Positions 25,228-33,975 of a stretch of 64,000 nt of DNA are shown here, piece after piece. The stretch is from an uncultured Chloroflexia bacterium. Lineage in GTDB: Bacteria; Chloroflexota; Limnocylindria; Limnocylindrales; CSP1-4. Location of the stretch: contig CAVRJP010000001.1 in the NCBI GenBank assembly GCA_963721765.1, forward strand, positions 1,306,984-1,370,983, in the 5' to 3' direction. The notes beneath the pieces are model-generated. The model ran no database searches, was not told the origin of the DNA, and was given only the letters and a program-made list of their open reading frames with translations. Numbering within the stretch: position 1 is the first letter of the stretch; every line of letters begins with the position of its first letter. The translations under genes were made by a program, and so were the position numbers.

Positions 25228-26295
25228 CTACCGCCAATCCGGGATGCCGCCGAGGGCGAGCGGATTGCCCTCGGCGCGAAGCTCGAGCCGGCCCGTGCCA
25301 TCGGGACGGATCACGTACAGCGCGTGGCCGGAGATCAGCAGGTACTGGCCGTCCGGCGACCACGTCATGAACTGGCCGATCTCCGTCGTGACCCGCCGGA
25401 GGTTCGATCCGTCGGGCGAGATGAGCCAGACGTCCGAGTGCTCGTCGTTCGGGTGTGGGGCTCGCCAGCACTCGGGAGTGGTCAGGATGACCCGGCAGTC
25501 GTCGCGGTGTGACGAGAAGGCGATCGTCGTGCCGTCCGGGGACCAGGACGGCCACGAGTCGTTCCCGGGCGCGTCGGTGAGCGTCGTGACGGCGCCCGAC
25601 GCGATGTCCAGGACGAAGATCTCGTAGTCGCCGGCCTGGTGACCCTCGAACACGATCCGACCGCCGTCGGGTGAGAACGCCGGGTACTCGAACCAGGCAT
25701 CGACGTCGATGCGGCGAAGGTTCGAGCCGTCCGGGTTCATGAGGTAGCCGCGCAGCTGGCCGCCATCGCGATCCGAGTTGAAGACGATCGTGGAGCCGTC
25801 CGGCGACCAGTCGGGGCCCCAGTCGTTCGCCGGGTTGTTGGTGATGTTCCGGCGCTCCGAGCCGTCGGCCCGCGCGACGAAGATCTCGTCGTCCTCGTTG
25901 ATCCCGCGGGTCGAGTCGCGGTAGACGACCCACTCGCCATCCGACGACCACGCCGCGTCGAACTCCGATCCAGGCTGGCCCGCGATCGTGACGACGTCCG
26001 AGCCGTCCGGGTCCATCGCGAACACGTCCTCGAAGTCGTCGGTCACGATCCGGCCCGTGAGCGCACCGAGCTCGATCGGCTCGCCCGTCACGACCGGGCG
26101 GCCTTCGCTCGGATGCTCCACGCGCGCGGACGTGGGTGCCGATGTGGGCGTCGTCGTGGCCGATCCGGGCGCCACCGGTGACGCCGCGACGTTCGTCGAG
26201 CCGGGCGAGGCCGGGGGCGCCACCGGCGAGCAGGCCGCCGACAGCAGCGTCGCAGCAACGGCCGCGGCGTGGAACCGCCGATGGATGGACATCAC
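25228..26295 (-). CDS. Secreted/lipoprotein TolB-like beta-propeller protein (PD40/WD40-like repeats)
   Basis: ORF 25228..26295. N-terminal signal 'AAAVAATLLSAAC'. Repeated 'W-SPDG' blades: 'AAWSSDGEW', 'PDWSPDGSTIVF', 'PAFSPDGGRIVF', 'PSWSPDGTTIAF', 'MTWSPDGQYL'. Confidence 0.8.
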   Translation of the reverse strand: MMSIHRRFHAAAVAATLLSAACSPVAPPASPGSTNVAASPVAPGSATTTPTSAPTSARVEHPSEGRPVVTGEPIELGALTGRIVTDDFEDVFAMDPDGSDVVTIAGQPGSEFDAAWSSDGEWVVYRDSTRGINEDDEIFVARADGSERRNITNNPANDWGPDWSPDGSTIVFNSDRDGGQLRGYLMNPDGSNLRRIDVDAWFEYPAFSPDGGRIVFEGHQAGDYEIFVLDIASGAVTTLTDAPGNDSWPSWSPDGTTIAFSSHRDDCRVILTTPECWRAPHPNDEHSDVWLISPDGSNLRRVTTEIGQFMTWSPDGQYLLISGHALYVIRPDGTGRLELRAEGNPLALGGIPDWR

Positions 26296-26336
26296 CGAAC
26301 ACTACGCGGCCGGGCCTCCCGACCTTGCGAACGACG

Positions 26337-27371
26337 CTAGCTTGCCGTGTCGAGGGGCTCGAACAGGGATGGCAGGCCGCCGCCGTGCCAGAACACGACG
26401 CGCCTTTCGTCGAGCTCGCCCGACCGAACCATCGCGATCAGGCCCGCGAGTCCCTTGGCCGTGTAGACCGGGTCGACGAGGATCCCCTCGGTCCGCGCAA
26501 GGAGGTCCGTGGCCGCCTCTGATGCGAGCGTCGGCACGCCATAGCCGGCGCCGAGCTGGGAGCCGTCGAGCTCGATCGGGGCTGCCGGAGCGTCGACGCC
26601 CGCCAGCGCGGCGACCTCCACGGCGAGCCGCTCGATGACCGGCCGGAGCTCCGCCGCCGGGCGAGCCGCCACGACACCCACGATCCGGATCGAAGCGGAG
26701 GCGGGCGCGGCAGCGAGATTCGGCATGCCGGCGGCCAGCGCGGCGCCGACGACGAGGCCCGCCTGGGTCCCACCCGACGCGGACGGCAGCACGATCGCAT
26801 CCGGTGAGAATCCCGCCGCCCCAGCCTGTCCGACGGCCTCGAGCGCCGCGAGCGCCTGGCCCCACGCGCCGACGGCCCCGGAACCGCCCACCGGCACGAT
26901 CGTCACGCGCTGACTCTGTGTCCGGAGGTCCTCGGCAACCCGTTCGACGAGCGCCTCGCGCTCGTCGCGCCCATCGGATCGGGTCCAGTGCACCGTCGCG
27001 CCAAACCGCTGGATCAGTCCGACATTCGGCGAGCCATCGATGCGCGGGCCGGTGAGGACGAGGTGGACCTCGAGCCCGAGCCTGGCACCTGCCGCGGCAG
27101 TGAGCCGGCAATGGTTTGACCATCGTCGCCCGGATGTCACGATCGCGTCGGACCCAGCATCGATCGCGGCACCCAGGACGAACTCGAGGTTTCGGAGCTT
27201 GTTCCCGGAGAAGGGGAGCGGACCGAGGTCCTCCCGCTTCACCCAGAGCTCCGCCCGCCCGCCGAGCGCCTCCGACAACCGGGGCATCGGCTGCAGCGGC
27301 GTTGGCCCTTCGAGCAACCGAACCCGAGGAAGGTCCGGCAGCGGTCCAGCTCGACCGTCGGGGGATGCCAT
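26337..27371 (-). CDS. PLP-dependent ACC deaminase / D-cysteine desulfhydrase family protein
   Basis: ORF 26337..27749, start moved to ATG 27371. 'WVKREDLGPLPFSGNKLRNLEFVLG' contains the PLP-lysine motif. 'PVGGSGAVG' and 'DPVYTAKGLAGL' are also present. Confidence 0.85.
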   Translation of the reverse strand: MASPDGRAGPLPDLPRVRLLEGPTPLQPMPRLSEALGGRAELWVKREDLGPLPFSGNKLRNLEFVLGAAIDAGSDAIVTSGRRWSNHCRLTAAAGARLGLEVHLVLTGPRIDGSPNVGLIQRFGATVHWTRSDGRDEREALVERVAEDLRTQSQRVTIVPVGGSGAVGAWGQALAALEAVGQAGAAGFSPDAIVLPSASGGTQAGLVVGAALAAGMPNLAAAPASASIRIVGVVAARPAAELRPVIERLAVEVAALAGVDAPAAPIELDGSQLGAGYGVPTLASEAATDLLARTEGILVDPVYTAKGLAGLIAMVRSGELDERRVVFWHGGGLPSLFEPLDTAS

Positions 27372-27411
27372 CGCCGGAGCGTAGCCGCCGCTGCCGATAC
27401 CATCGATCCAG

Positions 27412-28173
27412 GTGCGCGATGGAACGACTCCGCGGACGCTCGTCTGGGACGGGTGCGTCAACGTCCGCGATCTGGGTGGGCTGCCGACCGAGGATGGCGC
27501 GACGACGCGTCCCGGATCGATCGTCCGCTCCGACAACGTCCGCGGCCTCACCGACGACGGCTGGCGCGCCCTCGCCCGGCACGGCATCGCCCGGATCGTG
27601 GACCTTCGGTGGCCGGAAGAGCTCGCCGAGGACCCGCCGCGGGACGTCGAGCTCGAGGTCGTGCACGTGTCGGTGCTCGGGTCGAGCTTCGCGGACGACC
27701 GCGAATGGTTCCGGGAGCTCGATGCCCATGTCGACAGCGTGGACGACATCGCGGATCACTACGCCTGGTCGTATGTCGAATTCCTCGAGAGGAACCGCGC
27801 GCGATTCGGGCTGGCCCTGGCCGCGATCGCCGATGCCGACGGCCCCGTCGTCATCCACTGCATGGGCGGCAAGGACCGCACGGGCCTCGTCGTCGCGCTC
27901 CTGCTGCGACTGGCCGGCGTGTCGATCGGGGAGATCGGGAAGGACTACGCGCTCTCCGGCCCGAACCTGTCGGTCTACCTCGAGCCGTGGCTCGCCAGCG
28001 CCTCGAGCGAGCTCGAGCGACGGCGCCGCGAGAAGCTGAGCCAGACGCCCACGACCGCGATGACCCGGGTCGTCGCGGAGATCGAGGATCGGTACGGCAG
28101 CGTCGCGCGCTACCTCGAGGCCGCAGGGCTGAGCGTGGAGCAGGTGGAGCGGCTGCGCGACCGCCTTCGCTGA
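27412..28173 (+). CDS. Protein-tyrosine phosphatase (Y_phosphatase3-type)
   Basis: ORF 27412..28173 (GTG). 'NVRDLGG' and the catalytic P-loop 'VVIHCMGGKDRTGLVVALLL' (C-x5-R). Confidence 0.85.
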   Translation: MRDGTTPRTLVWDGCVNVRDLGGLPTEDGATTRPGSIVRSDNVRGLTDDGWRALARHGIARIVDLRWPEELAEDPPRDVELEVVHVSVLGSSFADDREWFRELDAHVDSVDDIADHYAWSYVEFLERNRARFGLALAAIADADGPVVIHCMGGKDRTGLVVALLLRLAGVSIGEIGKDYALSGPNLSVYLEPWLASASSELERRRREKLSQTPTTAMTRVVAEIEDRYGSVARYLEAAGLSVEQVERLRDRLR

Positions 28174-28226
28174 GCCGCGGCAACGAATCGGCCACGTTCT
28201 CGGGGGCCAGACCTATCATCGGGCAG

Positions 28227-28643
28227 ATGGCGACGCGGATCGGCCCGGAGGACTGCATCGTCGGCACGGGCCAGAACGCCGACATGGAGCGGTCGATCGC
28301 CATCTCGAGCGCGACCGCCGGCTCGACCTCCCTGTACTCCTCGACCGTCACGACGGCGCCCGGTGGCAAGACCCGCATCCATCACCACGGGCCGTGCGAG
28401 ACGAGCATCTACATCGTCTCGGGCCTCGCGCACTACACCTGGGGTACGACCGGCCTCGAGCACGAGATGGACGCAGGCGCCGGCGACTTCGTTTACATCC
28501 CCGCTGGCGAGATCCATGTCGAGGAGAACGCCTCGACTGACAAGCCGCTCGTCGTCGTGCTCACGCGCAACTGCCCGGACTCGCACGTGGTGTACATGGA
28601 TGACGGGCCCGACGGCAGCGACGACGTCCCCGCGCCCTGCTGA
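28227..28643 (+). CDS. Cupin-domain protein
   Basis: In frame of ORF 27453..28643, ATG 28227. 'GGKTRIHHHGPCETSIYIVSG...GDFVYIPAGEIHVEEN' is the two-motif cupin pattern. Confidence 0.7.
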   Translation: MATRIGPEDCIVGTGQNADMERSIAISSATAGSTSLYSSTVTTAPGGKTRIHHHGPCETSIYIVSGLAHYTWGTTGLEHEMDAGAGDFVYIPAGEIHVEENASTDKPLVVVLTRNCPDSHVVYMDDGPDGSDDVPAPC

Positions 28644-28647
28644 GGCG

Positions 28648-29651
28648 TTGATCACCCTCGACGACCTCCTTCGCGAGCACGGGCTCGAGGGCGTCGCCGA
28701 GGAGCCGATGCGCCACGACGGCTGGTCGGGCGCGGCGATGACCCGACTGACGCGGGGCGACGGGGCGCGATTCGTGATCAAGCGCGACAGCCTCGCCCGC
28801 GACTGGATCGCGCGCACGACCCGCGACCACCCGGACCTGCGCGAGGCGCTGCTCGTCCGTGCCGGCCGTCGCTGCCGAGCCCCGTCACGCTCCCGCACCT
28901 CGGCGTGGGCCGAGACGGCGACGACATCGCGCTGCTCATGCCCGACCTGACCGGCACGCTGATCGAGTGGGAGCACCCCGTCGACGTCGCCACGATCGAG
29001 CGCGTGCTCGACGCTCTCGCCGCGCTCCATCGCGAGGCGTGGCATCGCCAGCTCCCCGGCGACTTCCCCTGGACGGATCGGACGCGCCGCCTGCTCCTCC
29101 TGACCCGCACCTCCGCGGCCGCGTACGACGCCCAGGGCCTGCCCTTCGGCGCCCGGTTCCTCCAGGGCTGGGATGCATTCGCCCGGCTGGCTCGACCGCC
29201 GGCACGCGACCTGATCGATCGACTGACGGCCGACCCGGCGCCGCTGTTCGCCGCCCTCGATCGACTGCCGTCAGCTGGCCTGCACGGCGACCTGAAGCTC
29301 GGCAACGTTGGCCTCGCTGCCGACGGCACGGTTCCGATCATCGACTGGCAGATGACGATCGTCGCGCCGATCGCCGTTGAGCTCGGCTGGTTCCTCGTCG
29401 CGAACGTGGCCGGCCTCCCGCTCCCGCCGGACGAGGTGCTGGAGCGCTACCGCCTCGCGGCCGGCCTCGCGGACGACGAGACATGGCATGCGCAGTGGGA
29501 CCTCGCCGTGATCACCGGCCTGCACCTGCGCGGCTGGCGCAAGGGCCTCGACACGGATGCCGGCGTCGTCTACCCGAACGGCGTGGCGGCCGCGAAGGAT
29601 CTCGCCTGGTGGACCTCCAACGCGATCGCCGCCGCACAGCGGCGCCTCTGA
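28648..29651 (+). pseudogene. Phosphotransferase (APH/choline-kinase-like) gene interrupted by a frameshift near 28855-28880
   Basis: The N-terminal part is in the frame of ORF 28363..28950 ('LITLDDLLREHGLEGVAEEPMRHDGWSGAAMTRLTRGDGARFVIKRD'). The remainder is in ORF 28905..29651 and carries 'LHGDLKLGNVGL' and 'IIDWQM'. The frame of 28905 stays open and reads plausibly upstream ('LPSPVTLPHLGVGRDG'). Confidence 0.6.
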
Positions 29652-29694
29652 GGCCTGGACGCGTCCGCGGCTCGCGGGTCAGGCCGGCGGGCGG

Positions 29695-30678
29695 TCAGGC
29701 CGGCTCGGCGCTGGGCTCGATCGCCCGTGGCGGAGTCGGCCTGGACCTTGCGAACACGACGCCGACGATCGCCACGCCGCCTCCGACGAGCGAGAGGGCC
29801 GGCGGGACCTCGCCGAGCACCAGCCAGCCGATGAGGATCGCGATCGCCGGTGCGAGGTAGGTCAGCGACCCGAGCCGGCCCGCTGCCGTGCGCTTGAGCG
29901 CGTACGCCCACAGGACGAACGCAACCGCGGTCGGGAAGATGCCGAGGTAGACGATCCAGCCGATCGAAGCGGCATCGGCGGCGGCCACGTCGGCCAGCAG
30001 CTCCGGCAGGAACGGCAGGGACACGAGGGTGCCGATCGAGCAGGCAAGCCAGGTGACGGTCAGGCCCGGCACGTGGGCGAGCACCGGCTTCTGGACCGTC
30101 ACCGCGATGGAGTAGACCGCGGCGCACACGAAGCACAGGACGATCCCGAGCGTCGTCGCCGACCCTGGCTGTTGGCCGGCGGTCGCGAGGGAGATCACGA
30201 CCACGCCCCCGAGCGCGATCGCGCAGCCGAGGAAGAGGCGCGGCGGGAAGTCCTCGCCGAGGAAGAAGCCGCCCAGGATCGCGATCAGGATCGGGGCGAC
30301 GTTCACGAGCATGGCCGCCGTTCCCGCGTCCACCTCCCGCTCTGCCGCGTTCAACGCGAGGAAGTAGATGCCGTACCACAGCACGCCCATAACGACGATC
30401 GGCGGGAGGTGCCGTCGCGCTGGCATCGCCGGTCGCCGAATCACCACGAATGCGGCGAGTGCGATCGCGCCGACGAGGAGCCGGCCCAGGGCCAGCGCAC
30501 CGGGCGAGAAGTCGACGCCGGCAGCCCGGATCCCGACGAACGCGGACGCCCAGAAGAACACCGTCGTCAGCCCGGCAGCGAGTGCGAGCCGCTCCACCGT
30601 CAGCTTCGGTCGGCCCTCGTCCAGCGTCACGCGGCGCCTCCTCACTCCCAAAACACGGGAGGATAGGCGTCCGGCCAT
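29695..30678 (-). CDS. EamA/DMT-family transporter
   Basis: ORF 29695..30678. About 10 hydrophobic helices. 'FFWASAFVGIR', 'AMLVNVAPILIAILGGFFLGE' and 'YLAPAIAILIGWLVLGE' form a duplicated EamA pattern. Confidence 0.8.
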   Translation of the reverse strand: MAGRLSSRVLGVRRRRVTLDEGRPKLTVERLALAAGLTTVFFWASAFVGIRAAGVDFSPGALALGRLLVGAIALAAFVVIRRPAMPARRHLPPIVVMGVLWYGIYFLALNAAEREVDAGTAAMLVNVAPILIAILGGFFLGEDFPPRLFLGCAIALGGVVVISLATAGQQPGSATTLGIVLCFVCAAVYSIAVTVQKPVLAHVPGLTVTWLACSIGTLVSLPFLPELLADVAAADAASIGWIVYLGIFPTAVAFVLWAYALKRTAAGRLGSLTYLAPAIAILIGWLVLGEVPPALSLVGGGVAIVGVVFARSRPTPPRAIEPSAEPA

Positions 30679-30742
30679 CCGCCCGTGACGGCGCGATGCA
30701 GTCCCAACAGCGTGACGCGCTCGCGGCTGGCATCATCGCGCC

Positions 30743-31171
30743 ATGGACTGGACGCTCGAAGTCATCATCCTCCCGGTCACCGACATCGATCGATCGGTCG
30801 CCTTCTATCGCGACCAGGTCGGCTTCAAGCTCGACCACGACACGAAGAACGAGCACATGCACGTCGTGCAGCTGACCCCCAACGGCTCGGGCTGCTCGAT
30901 CGTCGTCGGCGACCTGCCGGCCCAGCGCGAGATGGCGCCCGGCTCCATCAAGGGGCTCCAGCTGGTCGTCGCCGATGCGCAGGCGGCGCGCGCGGAACTC
31001 GTCGGCCGCGGGGTCGCGTGCAGCGAGATCACCAAGTTCGACGAGCGCGACGGTGGGACGTTCTTCGGCTTCGCCGACCCCGACGGCAACACGTGGGCCG
31101 TCCAGGAGCTCAAGGTTCGGGGCGAGACGCCGCTGATCCCGGTCGACCATCGGAGCCGCTTCGGGTCCTGA
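30743..31171 (+). CDS. VOC (glyoxalase) family protein
   Basis: ORF 30743..31171. 'VIILPVTDIDRSVAFYRDQVGFKLDHD...FFGFADPDGNTWAVQE'. Confidence 0.75.
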   Translation: MDWTLEVIILPVTDIDRSVAFYRDQVGFKLDHDTKNEHMHVVQLTPNGSGCSIVVGDLPAQREMAPGSIKGLQLVVADAQAARAELVGRGVACSEITKFDERDGGTFFGFADPDGNTWAVQELKVRGETPLIPVDHRSRFGS

Positions 31172-31277
31172 CCACCCCTCGGGCATCTGCAACAGGGCTG
31201 CAAGCCGGGCGATCGGGCGCTTTCCGATCCGGGCACCTCGGGCGAGGCGTACTTCCAGGTACACACGGAGGTACACC

Positions 31278-32273
31278 ATGCGCCGACTCCTACCGCTCGT
31301 TGCCGCGCTCGCGGCCCTGCCGCTCATCGCCTCGACCGCGTTCGCGGGTCACGGACCCAAGCCGGACGAGATCGACCTCCCGAATGGCTGGCAGCCCGAG
31401 GGCATCGCCGCCGGACGAGGCTCGGTCGCCTACGTCGGCTCCCTGGCCGACGGCGGCATCGCCCGCGTCAACCTGAAGAGCGGCGAGGTCGATGCCGACT
31501 TCGTCGACAGCGCCACTGGCCCCGCGGTGGGCCTGGAATACGAAGACCGATCGACCGGCCACGGGCACTGGAAGGGCCACGGGCATGGCGGTCACGGCCG
31601 CGACCATCGCTGGAGCCGGGACCGGCTGTGGGTCGCGGGCGGTCCCAGCGGCGAGGTCCGCGTCTACGGCGCCAAGTCGGGCGACCTGCTCGAGACGTAC
31701 ACCTTCGAGGCAGGCTTCGTGAACGACGTCGTCGCGACGAAGCGGGCCATCTACGCCACCGATTCGCAGATGCAGCAGCTGCTCGTCATCCCGCTCGGGC
31801 GCTGGGGCAAGCTGCCTGATCCAAGCGAGGCGTTCGCGCGACCGATCACGGGCGACTTCGTCTACGAGACCGGCTTCAACGCGAACGGCATCGAGTCGCT
31901 GTTCGGCTGGCTGATCGTCCCGCAATCGAACACCGGCGAGCTCTTCGCGATCAACCCGAAGACGGGCAACAGCCACGAGCTCCTCCCCGAGGGCTCGATC
32001 GACAACGCGGACGGCATCCTCCTCGTCGGGCGGAAGCTGTACGTCGTCCAGAACGCGCTCAACCAGATCACCGTCTGGCGATTCGGGTGGGATGGGCTCG
32101 AGCTCGTGGACACCATCGTCGACGACGACGTCCCGGGTGACTTCGACTTCCCGACGACCGCGGCCAAGGCCCGCGGCTCACTGTGGGTGGCGAACGCCCG
32201 CTTCTCGACGACGCCGACGCCGGACACGGAGTACTGGATCACCCGCGTTCCGATCTCCGATCACTGGCACTGA
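31278..32273 (+). CDS. Secreted protein, probable beta-propeller (SMP-30/gluconolactonase/LRE-like; tentative)
   Basis: ORF 31278..32273. Signal peptide 'MRRLLPLVAALAALPLIASTAFA'. Strand-rich repeats ('RLWVAGG', 'AIYATDS', 'KLYVVQN', 'SLWVANA'). A His/Gly-rich insert lies at aa 91-113. Confidence 0.6.
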   Translation: MRRLLPLVAALAALPLIASTAFAGHGPKPDEIDLPNGWQPEGIAAGRGSVAYVGSLADGGIARVNLKSGEVDADFVDSATGPAVGLEYEDRSTGHGHWKGHGHGGHGRDHRWSRDRLWVAGGPSGEVRVYGAKSGDLLETYTFEAGFVNDVVATKRAIYATDSQMQQLLVIPLGRWGKLPDPSEAFARPITGDFVYETGFNANGIESLFGWLIVPQSNTGELFAINPKTGNSHELLPEGSIDNADGILLVGRKLYVVQNALNQITVWRFGWDGLELVDTIVDDDVPGDFDFPTTAAKARGSLWVANARFSTTPTPDTEYWITRVPISDHWH

Positions 32274-32304
32274 TCAACCTGGGCGGCTGAGACCGCCCTT
32301 CGCC

Positions 32305-32628
32305 TCAGTCGCGCGCCGCGTCGGGAGCGACCGGGACCAGGTCCACGGTCCTGACGCGGCGCGTCCGTCCCGCCTCGGTCCGGACGAGCGCGGCCGGGAT
32401 CACGCCACCGACCACCAATTCGACGATCGCGAACTCGCCGGCGTAGAGCCCGGTCGAGATCTGGACCCGGCTGCCCTGGCGAACGTCGGTGCGGCCCGTC
32501 ATGGCCGACAGGTTGATCGTCGCGACACGAGCGGCAGCCGCGGCTGCGCGGGCATCGGCCGCGGTCTGCTTCGCGCCACCCGTGGTGGCGGTCTTCGCCT
32601 GGGGGTAGGTGACCTTGCGGCGCCGCAC
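32305..32628 (-). CDS. Hypothetical protein (C-terminal KOW/SH3-like strand pattern)
   Basis: ORF 32305..32628 (GTG), lying 3 nt after the stop of the upstream ORF. 'GSRVQISTGLYAGEFAIVELVVGGVIPAALVRTEAGRTRRV'. No family recognised. Confidence 0.45.
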   Translation of the reverse strand: MRRRKVTYPQAKTATTGGAKQTAADARAAAAAARVATINLSAMTGRTDVRQGSRVQISTGLYAGEFAIVELVVGGVIPAALVRTEAGRTRRVRTVDLVPVAPDAARD

Positions 32629-32631
32629 CGG

Positions 32632-32889
32632 CTAGCGACCCCGCCGGGGCCGCTCGTCGGCCTTGGGCGGCTTGGGCTCGTGTCCCGGCCGGGGCGGACG
32701 AGGCGGCGTCCCCGGCGCCATGTCCGGCGGAGGCGGCAGCGGACCACGCGCCTTGGCCGCCTTGACCTGGGCATCGAAGCTGGCCGCGACGTCGGCGGGG
32801 ATGCTGCCGCGCCAGGCGCGCTCGATCTCGGCAAGGCGCAGGTTCTCCGCCTGGCGCCGCTCTCGCTCGAAGCCGGAGTGTCTGGTCAC
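32632..32889 (-). CDS. Hypothetical small protein with Pro-rich tail
   Basis: ORF 32632..32889. 'MTRHSGFERERRQAENLRLAEIERAWRGSIPADVAASFDAQVKAAKA' followed by Pro/Arg-rich low complexity. Confidence 0.4.
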   Translation of the reverse strand: MTRHSGFERERRQAENLRLAEIERAWRGSIPADVAASFDAQVKAAKARGPLPPPPDMAPGTPPRPPRPGHEPKPPKADERPRRGR

Positions 32890-32926
32890 GGTCCCTCCCG
32901 TCCTGTTCGTTCTCGAACGATGGCCG

Positions 32927-33295
32927 TCAGCCTGGGGCTGGCTCCATCGGGGTCATCAGCTGAAAGTAGTTGTCGTCGGGATCGGCGAACGTCGCGATCC
33001 AGCTGCCGGGCGCTTCCTCGAAGGTGTACGGCTCGCGAACTATAGTCGCGCCGGCCGCCTGCCAGCGCGCGAAGTCACCCTGCACGTCCGAGGTCTCGAA
33101 GTTCAGGATGAGCCGCCCTGGATGGGCATTCGGGCCCTTGACCTCGCTATGCGGCCCGACGGAGATCGCACCGTTGCCGACCTGCCACGTCGTGTACCCG
33201 CCATCATTCCAGGTGGGCTCGCCGAGGAGCTTCGTGTAGTAGGCGGCGAGTCGCTCGGGGTTCTCGGAACCGATCAGGACGTTGCTGAAGTTCAT
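32927..33295 (-). CDS. VOC (glyoxalase) family protein
   Basis: ORF 32927..33319, start moved to ATG 33295. 'MNFSNVLIGSENPERLAAYYTKLLG...ATFADPDDNYFQLM'. Confidence 0.7.
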   Translation of the reverse strand: MNFSNVLIGSENPERLAAYYTKLLGEPTWNDGGYTTWQVGNGAISVGPHSEVKGPNAHPGRLILNFETSDVQGDFARWQAAGATIVREPYTFEEAPGSWIATFADPDDNYFQLMTPMEPAPG

Positions 33296-33419
33296 GTGTT
33301 GCCTCCCTGCGCTGACCATTGTCGCTCCGATGGCCGAATCGGCACGTCGGCTGCCCGGGCAGGCTCGTCGCTCCGCTCGAGACGCCTAGGATTGCCGCCA
33401 ATCGATTCCTCTCGGGAGC

Positions 33420-33785
33420 GTGCCGTTGGCGAAGTTCGAGACCGTCGAGGCCTACCTCGCGTCGTTTCCGCCCGAAGTCCAGCGCACGCTGGACTCCGTG
33501 CGAGCGGCGATTCGCGCCGCCGTACCGGGAACCGAGGAGCGGATCAGCTACGGGATCCCCACGTTCGCCCTCGACGGGCGGTACGTCGTGTACTTCTCGG
33601 GTTGGAAGGAGCACGTGAGCGTCTACCCGATCCCCGACGCCGATCCCGACCTGGCCCGCGAAATCAAGCCGTACATGGCGGGGAAGGGGACCCTCAAGTT
33701 CCCGCTCGCGAAGCCCATGCCCCTCGAGCTCATCGCGCGCGTCGCCGCGCGCCTGCTGGAGCAGCGGCTGGCACGTTCCCGGTAG
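33420..33785 (+). CDS. DUF1801 (YdhG-like) domain protein
   Basis: ORF 33420..33785 (GTG). 'TVEAYLASFPPEVQRTLDSVRAAIRAAVPGTEERISYGIPTFALDGRYVVYFSGWKEHVSVYP'. Confidence 0.7.
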   Translation: MPLAKFETVEAYLASFPPEVQRTLDSVRAAIRAAVPGTEERISYGIPTFALDGRYVVYFSGWKEHVSVYPIPDADPDLAREIKPYMAGKGTLKFPLAKPMPLELIARVAARLLEQRLARSR

Positions 33786-33975
33786 CCCGTTCGAACAGAA
33801 CGGATGGTCGGATCGGAAGAAACCTGCTACCGTTGATTCCTAGATGCGGTATGGGCGCTCCGGTCAGCGCCCCGGTCTGACACACCACCCCCTCTTTTCG
33901 AACACACGAAACGCCCTGACCGGTCCCTGCTGGCAGATTGCAGCGGGTGGGCCGTCGATCAGGAGCACACACCAC

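Noticed and set aside
29570-31327. 585-aa minus-strand ORF and 369-aa plus ORF 29557..30666 over the EamA transporter region
   Set aside because: Off-frame or antisense to a clear 10-TM EamA protein (29695..30678) and to the VOC gene. The sequence is Arg-rich junk.
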